Shown: positions 9,781 to 19,308 of the stretch, in pieces | Layout: each line of letters opens with the position of its first letter | Position numbering within the stretch: the first letter of the stretch is position 1 | Source of the DNA: Planctomycetota bacterium | Lineage (GTDB): Bacteria; Planctomycetota; SZUA-567; H5-PLA8 | Assembly: GCA_045863855.1 (NCBI GenBank) | Contig: BTVV01000030.1 | Location: 1-60,382, forward strand | Direction: 5' to 3' | DNA: 60,382 bases | The notes under the pieces: generated by a model | Told to the model about the DNA's origin: nothing | The model's input: the letters and a program-made list of their open reading frames with translations, nothing else | Database searches by the model: none | Translations under genes and position numbers: made by a program

Positions 9781-9994
9781 GAGAACAACCTCCTAGTGAA
9801 TCCGGCGTGAAACGTCAATGCTGGTGCTTCCAAGACACATCTATGTGAATCGATACACCGTCCTTTATGATCATTAATCTTGGCATCAATAAATATTCAT
9901 GTGTAAGTACATATAAATAATGTAGTTACAGTGCTAAATATAAATCTACTGCTTAGAAAACGTACTTTAATGTTTTTTAAGCTAAGATAGGCAG

Positions 9995-11119
9995 ATGGCG
10001 CAACGGTCACTCGAGCACGTTCAACAGGTCAAAGACCACCTGCGCGCGCGCATCTTCCGCGGCGAACTGGCCGAAGGCACGCGGATCGTCGAAGCCGAGG
10101 TACGGGACGAAACTCGAGCCAGCGTGCGAGCGGTCAAGCAGGCGTTGCGCGATTTGGCGCGCGAAGGCCTGCTGCGCCGCACGCGCCATATCGGAACCTT
10201 CGTCTCGGGCGATTTGCCGGCCGCCGTCTGCGCGGTGTTGCCGCGGGTGCATTCGATCGCCATTTTGACGAGCTACACGCAAGCGCATCTGGCCGGCGCG
10301 TTATTCGCGGCCCAAATGCTGCAAGGCATCCGCGATTCGCTCAAACCGCCCTGCCTCCTGACCACCCTCACCAATGCGCGCTCCACGACCGTGGACGACG
10401 TGCCCGCGGTGGACGTACAGGCGGTGAAGCGTTCTTCGCAGGGGCTCATCGCCCTGGAGGCCAACCACGATGCCCTATTGAACGATCTTGTTCGCGGCGG
10501 ATTACCCGTCGTCGCGGTCGATTTCTGGCGGCAGGGGCATCAGTTCGATGTGCTGCATCTGGATCACGAGTTGGCGGGCTACTTGGCGACGACGCATCTG
10601 ATGAGCTTGGGGCACCGACGCATCGCTTGGGTCGGGGAAGGCGTGAGCCGGCAGAGTTCCGATCCGTCCTGGCAGGAGCGATTGGCCGGGTACCTCCGCG
10701 CGGTTGCCGAAGGCGCCGGCGCACAACCGCAGCCGCTGATCCTCGATGTCGGTCGCGCCGATCGCTACCTCGCACGCGAGTGGCCGGCCTTTTACGAGCG
10801 CTACAAGCCGACCGCGTGCCTCACCGCCTCCTTCGGGTTCGCCAACGCGCTGGTCGCGGAACTGGATCGGTCGGGTCTGCGTTGTCCGGAGGACCTCAGC
10901 ATCGCCTGTGCCGAAGGCGGTTGGTCGTTAGGGCAGTTCGAGCGGCTCTCGGCGGTGCGCGTCGATTACGAACAGGTCGGTCGCGCCGCCGTGCGACTGC
11001 TGGCTTCGAGGCTGGCATGCAGCGCGATGCCGCCCATTCGGCAAGTGCTGCCCGTGGAGTTCGTCGGCCGCGGCACCAGCCGTCCTCCGGCATTCCGATA
11101 CATCGACGGGCATAATTAG
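9995..11119 (+). CDS. Regulator with GntR wHTH and LacI-type ligand-binding domain (AraR-like architecture)
   Basis: VKQALRDLAREGLLRRTRHIGTFV; GYLATTHLMSLGHRRIA, ERLAGY, PEDLSI. Confidence 0.88.
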   Translation: MAQRSLEHVQQVKDHLRARIFRGELAEGTRIVEAEVRDETRASVRAVKQALRDLAREGLLRRTRHIGTFVSGDLPAAVCAVLPRVHSIAILTSYTQAHLAGALFAAQMLQGIRDSLKPPCLLTTLTNARSTTVDDVPAVDVQAVKRSSQGLIALEANHDALLNDLVRGGLPVVAVDFWRQGHQFDVLHLDHELAGYLATTHLMSLGHRRIAWVGEGVSRQSSDPSWQERLAGYLRAVAEGAGAQPQPLILDVGRADRYLAREWPAFYERYKPTACLTASFGFANALVAELDRSGLRCPEDLSIACAEGGWSLGQFERLSAVRVDYEQVGRAAVRLLASRLACSAMPPIRQVLPVEFVGRGTSRPPAFRYIDGHN

Positions 11120-12048
11120 CGCGCGACGAGCGGCTGCAAGCTCTTGCGCCGCGCGAATTCGTCCGCCGGCATCGCGTCGAGCAGCGTTCCCCAGTAATTT
11201 CGGGGGGTGCCCACAGGACCGGTGTACTCGAAGCCTTCCGGCCCCACCTTTAAGGGATGCCCTGCCAGGTTGGAGCCTCCCAGGCGCGCCCGCGCGGCCT
11301 GGAATTCTTCGATGCGCGCCCGGCGCGCGTCGTACGAACTGCGCGCACCCTTGCTCTTGATCCAGTCGGCGTAACAGACCTCGAGGACCGATCGAGCCAT
11401 GTAATGCACGTAAAAGATCCGCCGCCAGGTGTTCGTCGTGTTCCCGATCGAACCGTGGGGCGACGATAAGCAATGGAAAAGCACGTCCCCCGGCTCCATC
11501 ACCATCGGAACCGCGCCGAAGTTCTCGAAGAGTTCGTCCTGCGTGTAGCGCTTCAGGTCGACGTGCCCGACCAAATGGTGCCCCGGAATGCCCCACACGC
11601 AGCCGTTTTCGACGGTGCTCCGGTCCAGGTAGATATCCACGTCGAAGTTGGGCACAGGAAACGTCCGCTCCCAAGCCGGGTTTCCGTACGGCGGATCTTG
11701 GTGCCAGACGATCGGCACGTTACCGCCGGGACTCTTGCAAACGAAGGAGTCGTTGATCGGCGCGAATGGTTCGCCCACGCATTGTCCGATCGCTGTGAGC
11801 AATTCGGGCTTCACGGTGACGGACTGAAAGATGTCGTGGCGGTCCCACATGCGCTCGCTGCGGTAGTACTTTTTCGTGCCGTCGGGGAAAGTGTGATACA
11901 GGTGGTACTGCCCCTGCTTCGCGGTTCCTTCCTCGGCCACGGCATGGGCACGGTCTTGCAGCAACTTCAACTCGGGGCCTTGGAAAACCCCGCGCAGAAT
12001 TAGGAATCCGTCGCGGTGGAACTGTTCGATCTGGTCGCGCGTCAGCAT
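11116..12048 (-). CDS. Phytanoyl-CoA dioxygenase (PhyH) family 2OG-Fe(II) oxygenase
   Basis: LTRDQIEQFHRDGF, WHQD, ENGC..IPG.H, GDVLFH, HGS, RR; AGGAG SD. Confidence 0.88.
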   Translation of the reverse strand: MLTRDQIEQFHRDGFLILRGVFQGPELKLLQDRAHAVAEEGTAKQGQYHLYHTFPDGTKKYYRSERMWDRHDIFQSVTVKPELLTAIGQCVGEPFAPINDSFVCKSPGGNVPIVWHQDPPYGNPAWERTFPVPNFDVDIYLDRSTVENGCVWGIPGHHLVGHVDLKRYTQDELFENFGAVPMVMEPGDVLFHCLSSPHGSIGNTTNTWRRIFYVHYMARSVLEVCYADWIKSKGARSSYDARRARIEEFQAARARLGGSNLAGHPLKVGPEGFEYTGPVGTPRNYWGTLLDAMPADEFARRKSLQPLVAR

Positions 12049-12170
12049 GGACTTGCTCCTCACCCGGTTCTCGTGTACGTGTTCATCCAGATTAAATCAG
12101 GTCGGGGTCCCCTAGAAAATCGGGAGCGTCTTTACTTTATACGCAATCGTCTACAAAAGAGGACTTTGCC

Positions 12171-13010
12171 ATGCTGCTGGGCGCCGAAGCGCAGACCGAA
12201 CGAACCAATCCGGCGCACGCGCACAACCTGCACGAGTTGGTCATTTGTCTTTCCGGCCGCGGCGAACAGCACATCGCCGGCTGCGTGCATCCGTTCGTGC
12301 CTGGAAAGCTCTTTCTGCTGCCGGAGCACTCGGTGCACTGGGTCGCCGGCACGCCGCGCCATCCGGCGCGCTTGGTGTACGTCTGCTTCGATACGCGCCA
12401 CTTCGCGCACGCCGGTCCGCCGGGCATGCAAGAACGCGTGCAGCGCCTGATTCGCGAAGAACGCTTTGTCTGCGATCCCGGACCGGAAGCGCGCCGCCGC
12501 TGCCTCGAACTTGCCGCGCGCTTGTCCGAGGAATTCAAGCGTGAGCACGAACTGCGTCAGGAACTCGTACACTGCCACCTCACCGAACTCCTCGTGATCT
12601 ACCAGCGCGGACTGGACCTGCGCGAACCGCGCGCGCATCCGTACCGCTCGGCCATCGAGAAGCTCGCCATCCACCTCGCCGACAACCTCGACGATCCGCC
12701 CAGTCTCCCGCAAGCCGCCAAACAAGCCGGCATGAGCCGCGCGCTATTTGCGCGCGTCTTTAAGGAGTTGACCGGACACACCTATGTCGAACATCTCCAG
12801 ATTGCGAGAATTCAGCGCGCCTGCGAACTCCTCGCCGCAACCGAACGCGCCGTTACCGCCGTGGCGCTCGACGCCGGCTTCAAGCACTTCGGCCACTTCC
12901 ATGCGCTCTTCAAGCGCCAGCTCAACATGACGCCTCGCGCCTACCGGCAATGGGTGCGCCAGCGCGGACCCTTCGTGCCCATCCTCAAAATACGCTCGCT
13001 GAATTCGTGA
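12171..13010 (+). CDS. AraC family transcriptional regulator
   Basis: Cupin HAHNLHEL; C-terminal double HTH (A..AGMS, FK..TG, GF...HF...FKR...TPRAYR); divergent from phyH. Confidence 0.9.
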   Translation: MLLGAEAQTERTNPAHAHNLHELVICLSGRGEQHIAGCVHPFVPGKLFLLPEHSVHWVAGTPRHPARLVYVCFDTRHFAHAGPPGMQERVQRLIREERFVCDPGPEARRRCLELAARLSEEFKREHELRQELVHCHLTELLVIYQRGLDLREPRAHPYRSAIEKLAIHLADNLDDPPSLPQAAKQAGMSRALFARVFKELTGHTYVEHLQIARIQRACELLAATERAVTAVALDAGFKHFGHFHALFKRQLNMTPRAYRQWVRQRGPFVPILKIRSLNS

Positions 13011-13152
13011 AGATTCGCACGGTGCTGCACCGTGATTAATGCTCGATTCGCGAAAGACCGGCCTTGGCTTAAGGTAATCTCGTTCAACCGGAGCTTCCCA
13101 CGGACGCGCCGTTGGGATATGAGAACGGTTCCTCTTCGCGAGGGTCACTTGT

Positions 13153-15150
13153 ATGCCCGCAGGCACGCCCGGCACGCAGCCCTATACCCAGATCGCCGAA
13201 CAGTACGCGCAAGCGTTAAGGTCTCAGGCGAACTTTAATGCCGATTTCTCGCCCGCCAGCGTTGCGGCGCTGGATGCGCTTCTCGACATGACCTCCGGCG
13301 CCGCGCCCGATCCCCGCGGGGGCGACTTCCAGCCCAACGAGCAGCAGATGGGCACCATTTGGAGCATGGGCTGCTACGTGGGCGAGTGTTTCCGCCGCCT
13401 GTACGATGGCGAATGGCGCGAGCAGGTCAATCCCAACTCGTTTCCGTATTCGGCCGGTGTCGTGGTTCAGCCGAACGACGTGACGGCGCTGGTCTTCATG
13501 CGTTTGTTCAAGCGCTTCAAGTACGGAGACGAAAAGCTTTGGCCCTGGTTCGACCAGATGCGCTGGATGGTCGCTCTGCATCGTAAGGCTGCGGCGGCCG
13601 GACGCATCCCGGACGTGACGGAGGGCACGAGCGGGCCGCAACCCGGTGAGCCTCCGCCCGGCACGCCCGATGAAGCCCAAGGCTGGAACGATTTTGCGGT
13701 GAGCTTGAATCAGAGCGGCCGAGCCGAAGAGGCGGTTCGTTTTCTCGAGCGTGCCGTGGCGCTGCGTCCGAAATACGCATGGGCTTGGTTCAACCTCGGA
13801 TGTCTGGTCGCCGACCAAGGCCAGACTCAGCGCGCGAAACAGGCATGGCAGCAAGCGCTCGCATGCGCGGACCCGCAAGCCGACGCGCAGGTCGTCGTCC
13901 AAGCGAAAAACTTTCTCGAACGCATTGCGCAAGAGGGACCGCGGCTCCAGGTCTCGCTCCTGGAAGCGATCAACCTCGTCACCGAGAGCCCCGAGGGCGC
14001 GGCCAAGGCGATTCCCACGCTGGACCATTTTCTCAAGCAGAAGCCCGACCAAGCCATCTGGTGGACCCTCAAGGGCCAAGGCCATCTGCTCTTGGACCAA
14101 GGGGACGAAGCGCAGCGAGCCTTCACCCAGGCTCTCGCGCTGGACCCCGGCGATGCGTCGGCGAAGGTGGGCTTGAGTCAGTGGCATGCCCACCAAGCTC
14201 GGCCGGCCGAGGCCTTGGCGCTTGCCGAAGAGGCCTTGGCGATCGATCCGAAGGACCAGACCGCCTGGGCCGCGAAAGCGCGGGCGCTGCGGGCTTCCGG
14301 CCGTGCGGCAGAGGCGCTCCCCGCGGCGCAAAAAGCCATCGAGGTCGAACGCAACTACGCAGCGGGTTGGCTCGAAAAGGGCTTCGCCGAAGCCGCGGCC
14401 GGACAGGCCGACCAAGCGGCCGCGGATTGGTTGGAATTCGCCAAGCTCAGCCAAGGCAAGCAAGCGAAAGCGTACGCCGAGATCGGGGCGTGGTGCGGCG
14501 CCGGCGCTTCCGCCGGAAATCCACCTAAGCATTTGCTGGACGGAACGAATCTGCCTGTCCAGAAGACCGAAATCCGCGCTTCGGCCGATGTCGCGGCGTT
14601 GCTCGACGCCGCCACGCAATTGGGGCAGCAAGGTCGTCATCAGGAAGCTTTGGCTCAATTGGACGAAGCGCTGCGCCTGGCGCCCGATCATCCCGTGGCC
14701 TGGACCAACAAAGGCAACCGCCTCGGCATGCTGGGACGCTGGCAAGAGGCTCTGACGTGTCACGAAACGGCGCTCCGTCACCAGCCGTCCTTCAAATTGG
14801 GCTGGAGCAACAAAGCATTCGCGCTCGTGCAGCTCAAACGCTACGAAGAAGCCGTCGCCGCCAGCGACGGTGCGTTGAAGCTCGATCCGCGCTTCACCTT
14901 GGCCTACATCAACAAGAGCATGGCGCTGCTGAACCTCCAGCGCGTGCCGCAATCGCTGGAAACCTGCGAAGCGGGGCTGGCCATCGAGCCGAACTCGCCG
15001 CAGTTGCTCTATAACGCCGCGGTTTCGGCGGAGACGATCTACAAGCAAGTGAAGGCCGTCGAATACTTCAAGCGCTTCCTGCAGCACGCGCCGCCCGGTG
15101 CGAAGACCGAGATCGCCTTCGCGCAGGCCCGCCTGAAGATGTTGCAATGA
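13153..15150 (+). CDS. TPR-repeat protein with uncharacterised N-terminal domain
   Basis: Multiple TPRs (AW.N.G, AL.L.P). Confidence 0.8.
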   Translation: MPAGTPGTQPYTQIAEQYAQALRSQANFNADFSPASVAALDALLDMTSGAAPDPRGGDFQPNEQQMGTIWSMGCYVGECFRRLYDGEWREQVNPNSFPYSAGVVVQPNDVTALVFMRLFKRFKYGDEKLWPWFDQMRWMVALHRKAAAAGRIPDVTEGTSGPQPGEPPPGTPDEAQGWNDFAVSLNQSGRAEEAVRFLERAVALRPKYAWAWFNLGCLVADQGQTQRAKQAWQQALACADPQADAQVVVQAKNFLERIAQEGPRLQVSLLEAINLVTESPEGAAKAIPTLDHFLKQKPDQAIWWTLKGQGHLLLDQGDEAQRAFTQALALDPGDASAKVGLSQWHAHQARPAEALALAEEALAIDPKDQTAWAAKARALRASGRAAEALPAAQKAIEVERNYAAGWLEKGFAEAAAGQADQAAADWLEFAKLSQGKQAKAYAEIGAWCGAGASAGNPPKHLLDGTNLPVQKTEIRASADVAALLDAATQLGQQGRHQEALAQLDEALRLAPDHPVAWTNKGNRLGMLGRWQEALTCHETALRHQPSFKLGWSNKAFALVQLKRYEEAVAASDGALKLDPRFTLAYINKSMALLNLQRVPQSLETCEAGLAIEPNSPQLLYNAAVSAETIYKQVKAVEYFKRFLQHAPPGAKTEIAFAQARLKMLQ

Positions 15151-15157
15151 GTTGAAT

Positions 15158-16750
15158 TTAGTTGCTTGCCGCGGCGGCTTTCGCGTCCGCGCGCTTGATT
15201 TCCTGCGGATCGGGCAGGGTGGAACTCCAGCAGGTCACGCGGTTACGCCCGCCGTGTTTGCTTGCGTACAGCGCCTTGTCGGCGCGCGAGATGAGGTTTT
15301 CGGCCGTCAGTCCCAGTTTGTGAGACGCGACGCCCAGGCTGATGGTGACGGGAATCGTCTGCCCTTTATCTCCTCGGAAGGTCGTGCCTTGTACCGCCGT
15401 ACGCAAACGTTCGGCCGTCTGCTGCGCCGCTTCGGACCCCGCGCCGGGCATCAGCAGCGCCAGTTCCTCGCCGCCGTACCGGAAGGCCAGATCGCCGCTG
15501 CGCAAGCCGCTTTGCAGCACCTTCGCCGCGTGCTTGAGCACCATATCGCCGCTCAGGTGCCCGTGCGTATCGTTCACCTTCTTGAAGTGGTCGATGTCCA
15601 TCAGCACAAGTGCGAAGCCCGGACCGCCGCCGGCCGATTCCGTGCGCAGCCGCTCCAGCGTATCGAGAAAATGCCGCTTGATGAACAACCCCGTGAGCTG
15701 ATCGGTGATCGCCGTCCGGTCGTCCTCGTCCTTCTTCAAGGCCAGAGCGATGTGTTTGGCCGACTCGATCAGGAGTTCCTCCAGCGCCTCGGCGGCCGGA
15801 TCGTCGAATCCGTCCTCGGCCATGCGCCGGATGCGCAAAACACCGATATGCCGCTGGTCGGCGATCAGCGGCACGCACAGCATCACCGGATGTTCGCCGC
15901 TGGCGCGCACGCCGCTGACCAGTTCGCGCTGGCGCAGCGAGCGGCCTTGTTCGAGCGCCCGGGCGGCATGGCGGCATGCGGCGAGCGAGAAATCGAGCGA
16001 GGACAGCACGCTCTCCAGGACTTCTTCGGCTTTTTGCCGTGCGACGGGGCCCTCGTGCGCCGCCAGCGTGCGATGCAACTGCGCGCGGCCTAAGAGCGTC
16101 TGGCCCGAACGCATCCGGCCTTCGACGAAGAGCCGGCAGCCTTCCCAAGCCATGTTCGCTTCGTCCACCTGCGGGCCGCTGGGTCCAAGCCGCTCCAGCG
16201 CGTCGAAAAGGTTATCGACCTCGAAGGCTGCGAAGATCTCGTTGTCGGGCTGTGTGCGCAGATAGCCGGCGGGCTGCACCTTCACGCCCCCTTCGCGCTG
16301 CGCGGCGAATAGCGTCACTTCGTATGCTTCGAAGAGTTCCCCCACCAGCGTAAGGATGCGGTGCAGGCGGTCCTTGCGTTCGGGAATCGAGGTGCTGCGA
16401 TGAATCTCGCGCATCAAGGCCAGCCCTTCGGCCTGCGCGCGCATCCGCCGCGCCTGCCGCAGCGCCAAATCGCGTTCGGCTTCGGCCCGCGCCGATTTCG
16501 CTTCCGCCGCCCGCAACCGATGCCGCAGGCGCGCCGCTTCGTACGTGGCCACCAGAATCCCGAAGCCGCCGCCCGTCACCAGGACCGCCACCGGCAGGCT
16601 GACCGTTCCCAGCGGCCCCGGGGGAAGGCGCCAGAGTCCCAATTCTCTCACCAGCGCCGCGCCACCACAGCCCAGCAGCAGCAACCCAGCCAGGTATGGC
16701 GCGGCGGATTCCAGCAGGTGCAGAGGCGAAAGCGTGGTTTGCGGCTTCAT
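15158..16750 (-). CDS. Membrane-anchored GAF-GGDEF diguanylate cyclase
   Basis: Two N-terminal TM segments; TDQLTGL, DIDHFKKVND.HGH..GD, RSGD I-site, RYGGEEL. Confidence 0.92.
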   Translation of the reverse strand: MKPQTTLSPLHLLESAAPYLAGLLLLGCGGAALVRELGLWRLPPGPLGTVSLPVAVLVTGGGFGILVATYEAARLRHRLRAAEAKSARAEAERDLALRQARRMRAQAEGLALMREIHRSTSIPERKDRLHRILTLVGELFEAYEVTLFAAQREGGVKVQPAGYLRTQPDNEIFAAFEVDNLFDALERLGPSGPQVDEANMAWEGCRLFVEGRMRSGQTLLGRAQLHRTLAAHEGPVARQKAEEVLESVLSSLDFSLAACRHAARALEQGRSLRQRELVSGVRASGEHPVMLCVPLIADQRHIGVLRIRRMAEDGFDDPAAEALEELLIESAKHIALALKKDEDDRTAITDQLTGLFIKRHFLDTLERLRTESAGGGPGFALVLMDIDHFKKVNDTHGHLSGDMVLKHAAKVLQSGLRSGDLAFRYGGEELALLMPGAGSEAAQQTAERLRTAVQGTTFRGDKGQTIPVTISLGVASHKLGLTAENLISRADKALYASKHGGRNRVTCWSSTLPDPQEIKRADAKAAAASN

Positions 16751-16793
16751 CGCGCGTCTCCAGGGGCGGACGAGCGAGCAAAGGCCGCTACGA

Positions 16794-17237
16794 TTAAGGA
16801 ACGGGGAGAGGGGGATCGCCGGTTTCCACCAGCGGCAGCAGGCGCTCGACTTGCGTGCGCGAAAGACCTTGGATCGAGGCGAGGTCCCATGGCGAGCGGT
16901 ACGGGCCTTTCTCTTCGCGCCGCTGGACGATCCGTCGCGCCAGTGCGGGGCCGATGCCGGGAAGCAATTCCAACTCGGCGGCGCTGGCCCGGTTTAGATC
17001 CAATCGCGCCGAAGCCGTGGTCGCCGAAAGATCTTCGGAATCGATCAGCCGAACCCCGGGTTGAACGATCCCGCTTCCTTCCGCGTACGGTCGCCGCGCG
17101 CCATACATCCACAGCAGTAAAGCACCCAACAGCGCCAGCCAAGCCGCCAACTCGACGCGACTGAGCGTCCAATGCCCCGCATCCGTGCTTCGTCTCTTTG
17201 CATCGTGCAGAACGGCGTCGGACTTGAGCGCATCCAT
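16794..17237 (-). CDS. ComEA-like helix-hairpin-helix DNA-binding protein
   Basis: TM helix then LDLNRASAAELELLPGIGPALARRIV..R...GPY; start uncertain. Confidence 0.82.
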   Translation of the reverse strand: MDALKSDAVLHDAKRRSTDAGHWTLSRVELAAWLALLGALLLWMYGARRPYAEGSGIVQPGVRLIDSEDLSATTASARLDLNRASAAELELLPGIGPALARRIVQRREEKGPYRSPWDLASIQGLSRTQVERLLPLVETGDPPLPVP

Positions 17238-17325
17238 GGCAATATTCCCTGCTTCGTTAAGTCCAAGTTAGTATAGTACCTACAGCCTTAGCAACATCAT
17301 ATAGCGACCAAGGAGATGCTTCTCC

Positions 17326-18744
17326 ATGCCCGATGCCCCGCGCCCCAAACAGGTCCTTTGGATCACCACCGACCACCAGCGGCACGATTGCATCGGCGCA
17401 AATGGGAACCCGGCCATCCTTACGCCTCACCTCGACCGGCTCGTCCAAGGCGGCGTCAGCTTCGACGACTGCTGGGTCCAGAACCCCGTCAGCATGCCCA
17501 GCCGCGCCAGCTTCATGACCGGTCTCTACCCGACCCAAACCGGCGTGACTTGGAACGGGCACGAATTGCCTCACCACCATAAGACCTGTGCGCATCTGTT
17601 TGGGGCGGGCGGATACCACACCGCGCAGATCGGGAAGCTTCATTTCCAATGCCATCTGGATCACGATCTGTGGCTGCAGCCGCGCCACCCGTACGGCTTC
17701 GAATATTTCGTGCCCAGCGAAGAACCCGGCTGCTACGAAGATGCCTACGGTACGTGGCTGCGTTCCGAGCATCCCCAGTTCCGCGAAGTCATGCGCGTGG
17801 GCCGCGCCGGCAATCCGAACCGCGATGCCTGGGTATGTACGGCGGTCGATGCGCCCAGCGACGTCAGCCATGCCGGATTCTGTGCGGAACAGACCATGCG
17901 TTACCTGCGCATGAAGCCGGCCGAAGCGCCCAAGTTCATCCACATGGGCATTTACGCGCCGCACCCGCCGCTCAATCCGCCTAAAGCTATCCTGGAGCGT
18001 TATGCCGGAGTCGAGATTCCCGCCCCGCATGCCCAGGCCGGAGAAGACACGGCCATGCCGCCTTCGATGCAACGCGCGATGCGGCGCGCGTGCGCCGGGC
18101 GCAGCCCCGCCGAACTGCGCAACTGGCGCGCACACTTCTACGCCATGTGTACGGCGCTCGACGAACAAGTGGGCCGCGTGCTCGCGTTCCTCGAAGAGCG
18201 CGGCGAACTTGCCGATACGCTGATCGTCTTCCAGTCCGACCACGGCGATATGGCCGGCGATCACGGCCTGATGTCCAAGGGCCACGTCACCCTGTATCCC
18301 GAAGTGATGCGCGTCCCGCTGGTCTTCCATTGGCCGCGCGGCATTCCCGGCGGGAAGCGCGCTGCGGGGCTCGTGGAAGCCGTGGATATTCTGCCCACGA
18401 TGCTGGATCTGGCCGGCGCACCCGTTCCGGCCGAATGCTCGGGCCGGTCCTTTGCCCAAGGCTTGCGTACCGGAAACCCCGCCGGGACACGCGAAGACGT
18501 CTTGGCGCAGTCGGGAGGCGAGCCCGGCCGGCTGACCTGTATGTTGCGTACGGCCGGACACCATTACCTCAACTACGGCCCCGGCCAGGAAGTCCTCTTC
18601 GACCTGCGCGAAGATCCCCGGATGTACGCCAACCGCGCCGCCGATCCGGCCTGCCGCGGCGCGCTGGCCGAAATGCGCGAAAGGATGCTCCACCGCATGC
18701 TCGCAGCCGCCGAACCCGCCGTGAAGCGCGTGCACGCTTACTGA
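17326..18744 (+). CDS. Sulfatase, Ser-type
   Basis: ITTDHQRHD, PVSMPSRASFMTG, GKLH, PHPP, SDHGD; AGGAG SD. Confidence 0.88.
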   Translation: MPDAPRPKQVLWITTDHQRHDCIGANGNPAILTPHLDRLVQGGVSFDDCWVQNPVSMPSRASFMTGLYPTQTGVTWNGHELPHHHKTCAHLFGAGGYHTAQIGKLHFQCHLDHDLWLQPRHPYGFEYFVPSEEPGCYEDAYGTWLRSEHPQFREVMRVGRAGNPNRDAWVCTAVDAPSDVSHAGFCAEQTMRYLRMKPAEAPKFIHMGIYAPHPPLNPPKAILERYAGVEIPAPHAQAGEDTAMPPSMQRAMRRACAGRSPAELRNWRAHFYAMCTALDEQVGRVLAFLEERGELADTLIVFQSDHGDMAGDHGLMSKGHVTLYPEVMRVPLVFHWPRGIPGGKRAAGLVEAVDILPTMLDLAGAPVPAECSGRSFAQGLRTGNPAGTREDVLAQSGGEPGRLTCMLRTAGHHYLNYGPGQEVLFDLREDPRMYANRAADPACRGALAEMRERMLHRMLAAAEPAVKRVHAY

Positions 18745-18836
18745 CCCCCAGCCACGCCGGTTGGCGCCGTTTCACGTTTTACGTATCCACGGCCCTCCGC
18801 TACGTTGAAACCGGCCCCTTAACCCAGGAGCGTTCC

Positions 18837-19145
18837 ATGATTCACGTCGTCGCCACTTTGACCGTTGCCGAAGGCAAGCGGAGTGAGTTCGTTAAGCTGT
18901 TCAAGGCCTTGGTGCCTTCGGTTCACGCCGAGGCCGGCTGCATCGAATACGGTCCCACGCTCGATGTGGATTCGGGCATCGATCGGCAGGTTCCGCTCCG
19001 CTCGGACGTCGTGACGGTAGTCGAGAAATGGTCGGACCTGAATGCGCTCAAGGCGCATCTGGCCGCGCCGCACATGCTCGCCTTCCGCGACAAGGCCAAG
19101 GGCCTGCTGGTGAAAGCCGAATTGCAGATCTTGCAGCCGGCCTGA
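18837..19145 (+). CDS. Antibiotic biosynthesis monooxygenase (ABM) family / putative quinol monooxygenase
   Basis: MIHVVATL...EAGCIEY...EKWSD..ALKAHL.APHM; AGGAG SD. Confidence 0.88.
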   Translation: MIHVVATLTVAEGKRSEFVKLFKALVPSVHAEAGCIEYGPTLDVDSGIDRQVPLRSDVVTVVEKWSDLNALKAHLAAPHMLAFRDKAKGLLVKAELQILQPA

Positions 19146-19308
19146 GCTTTAGGCGGGAAGCGTTGTAACGAATCGCGCCTGGAAAGTTTCAGCGGCCGCG
19201 GTAAGACGCGTATTCCAAGGTTCAGTCGAATGGCGCGAGCGGTCCCGCGTGGCCTGCCGGGGGTCCGCGCCGCGTTGCGCCAGAGCATCGCTAGGAGGCA
19301 GCACCTAC

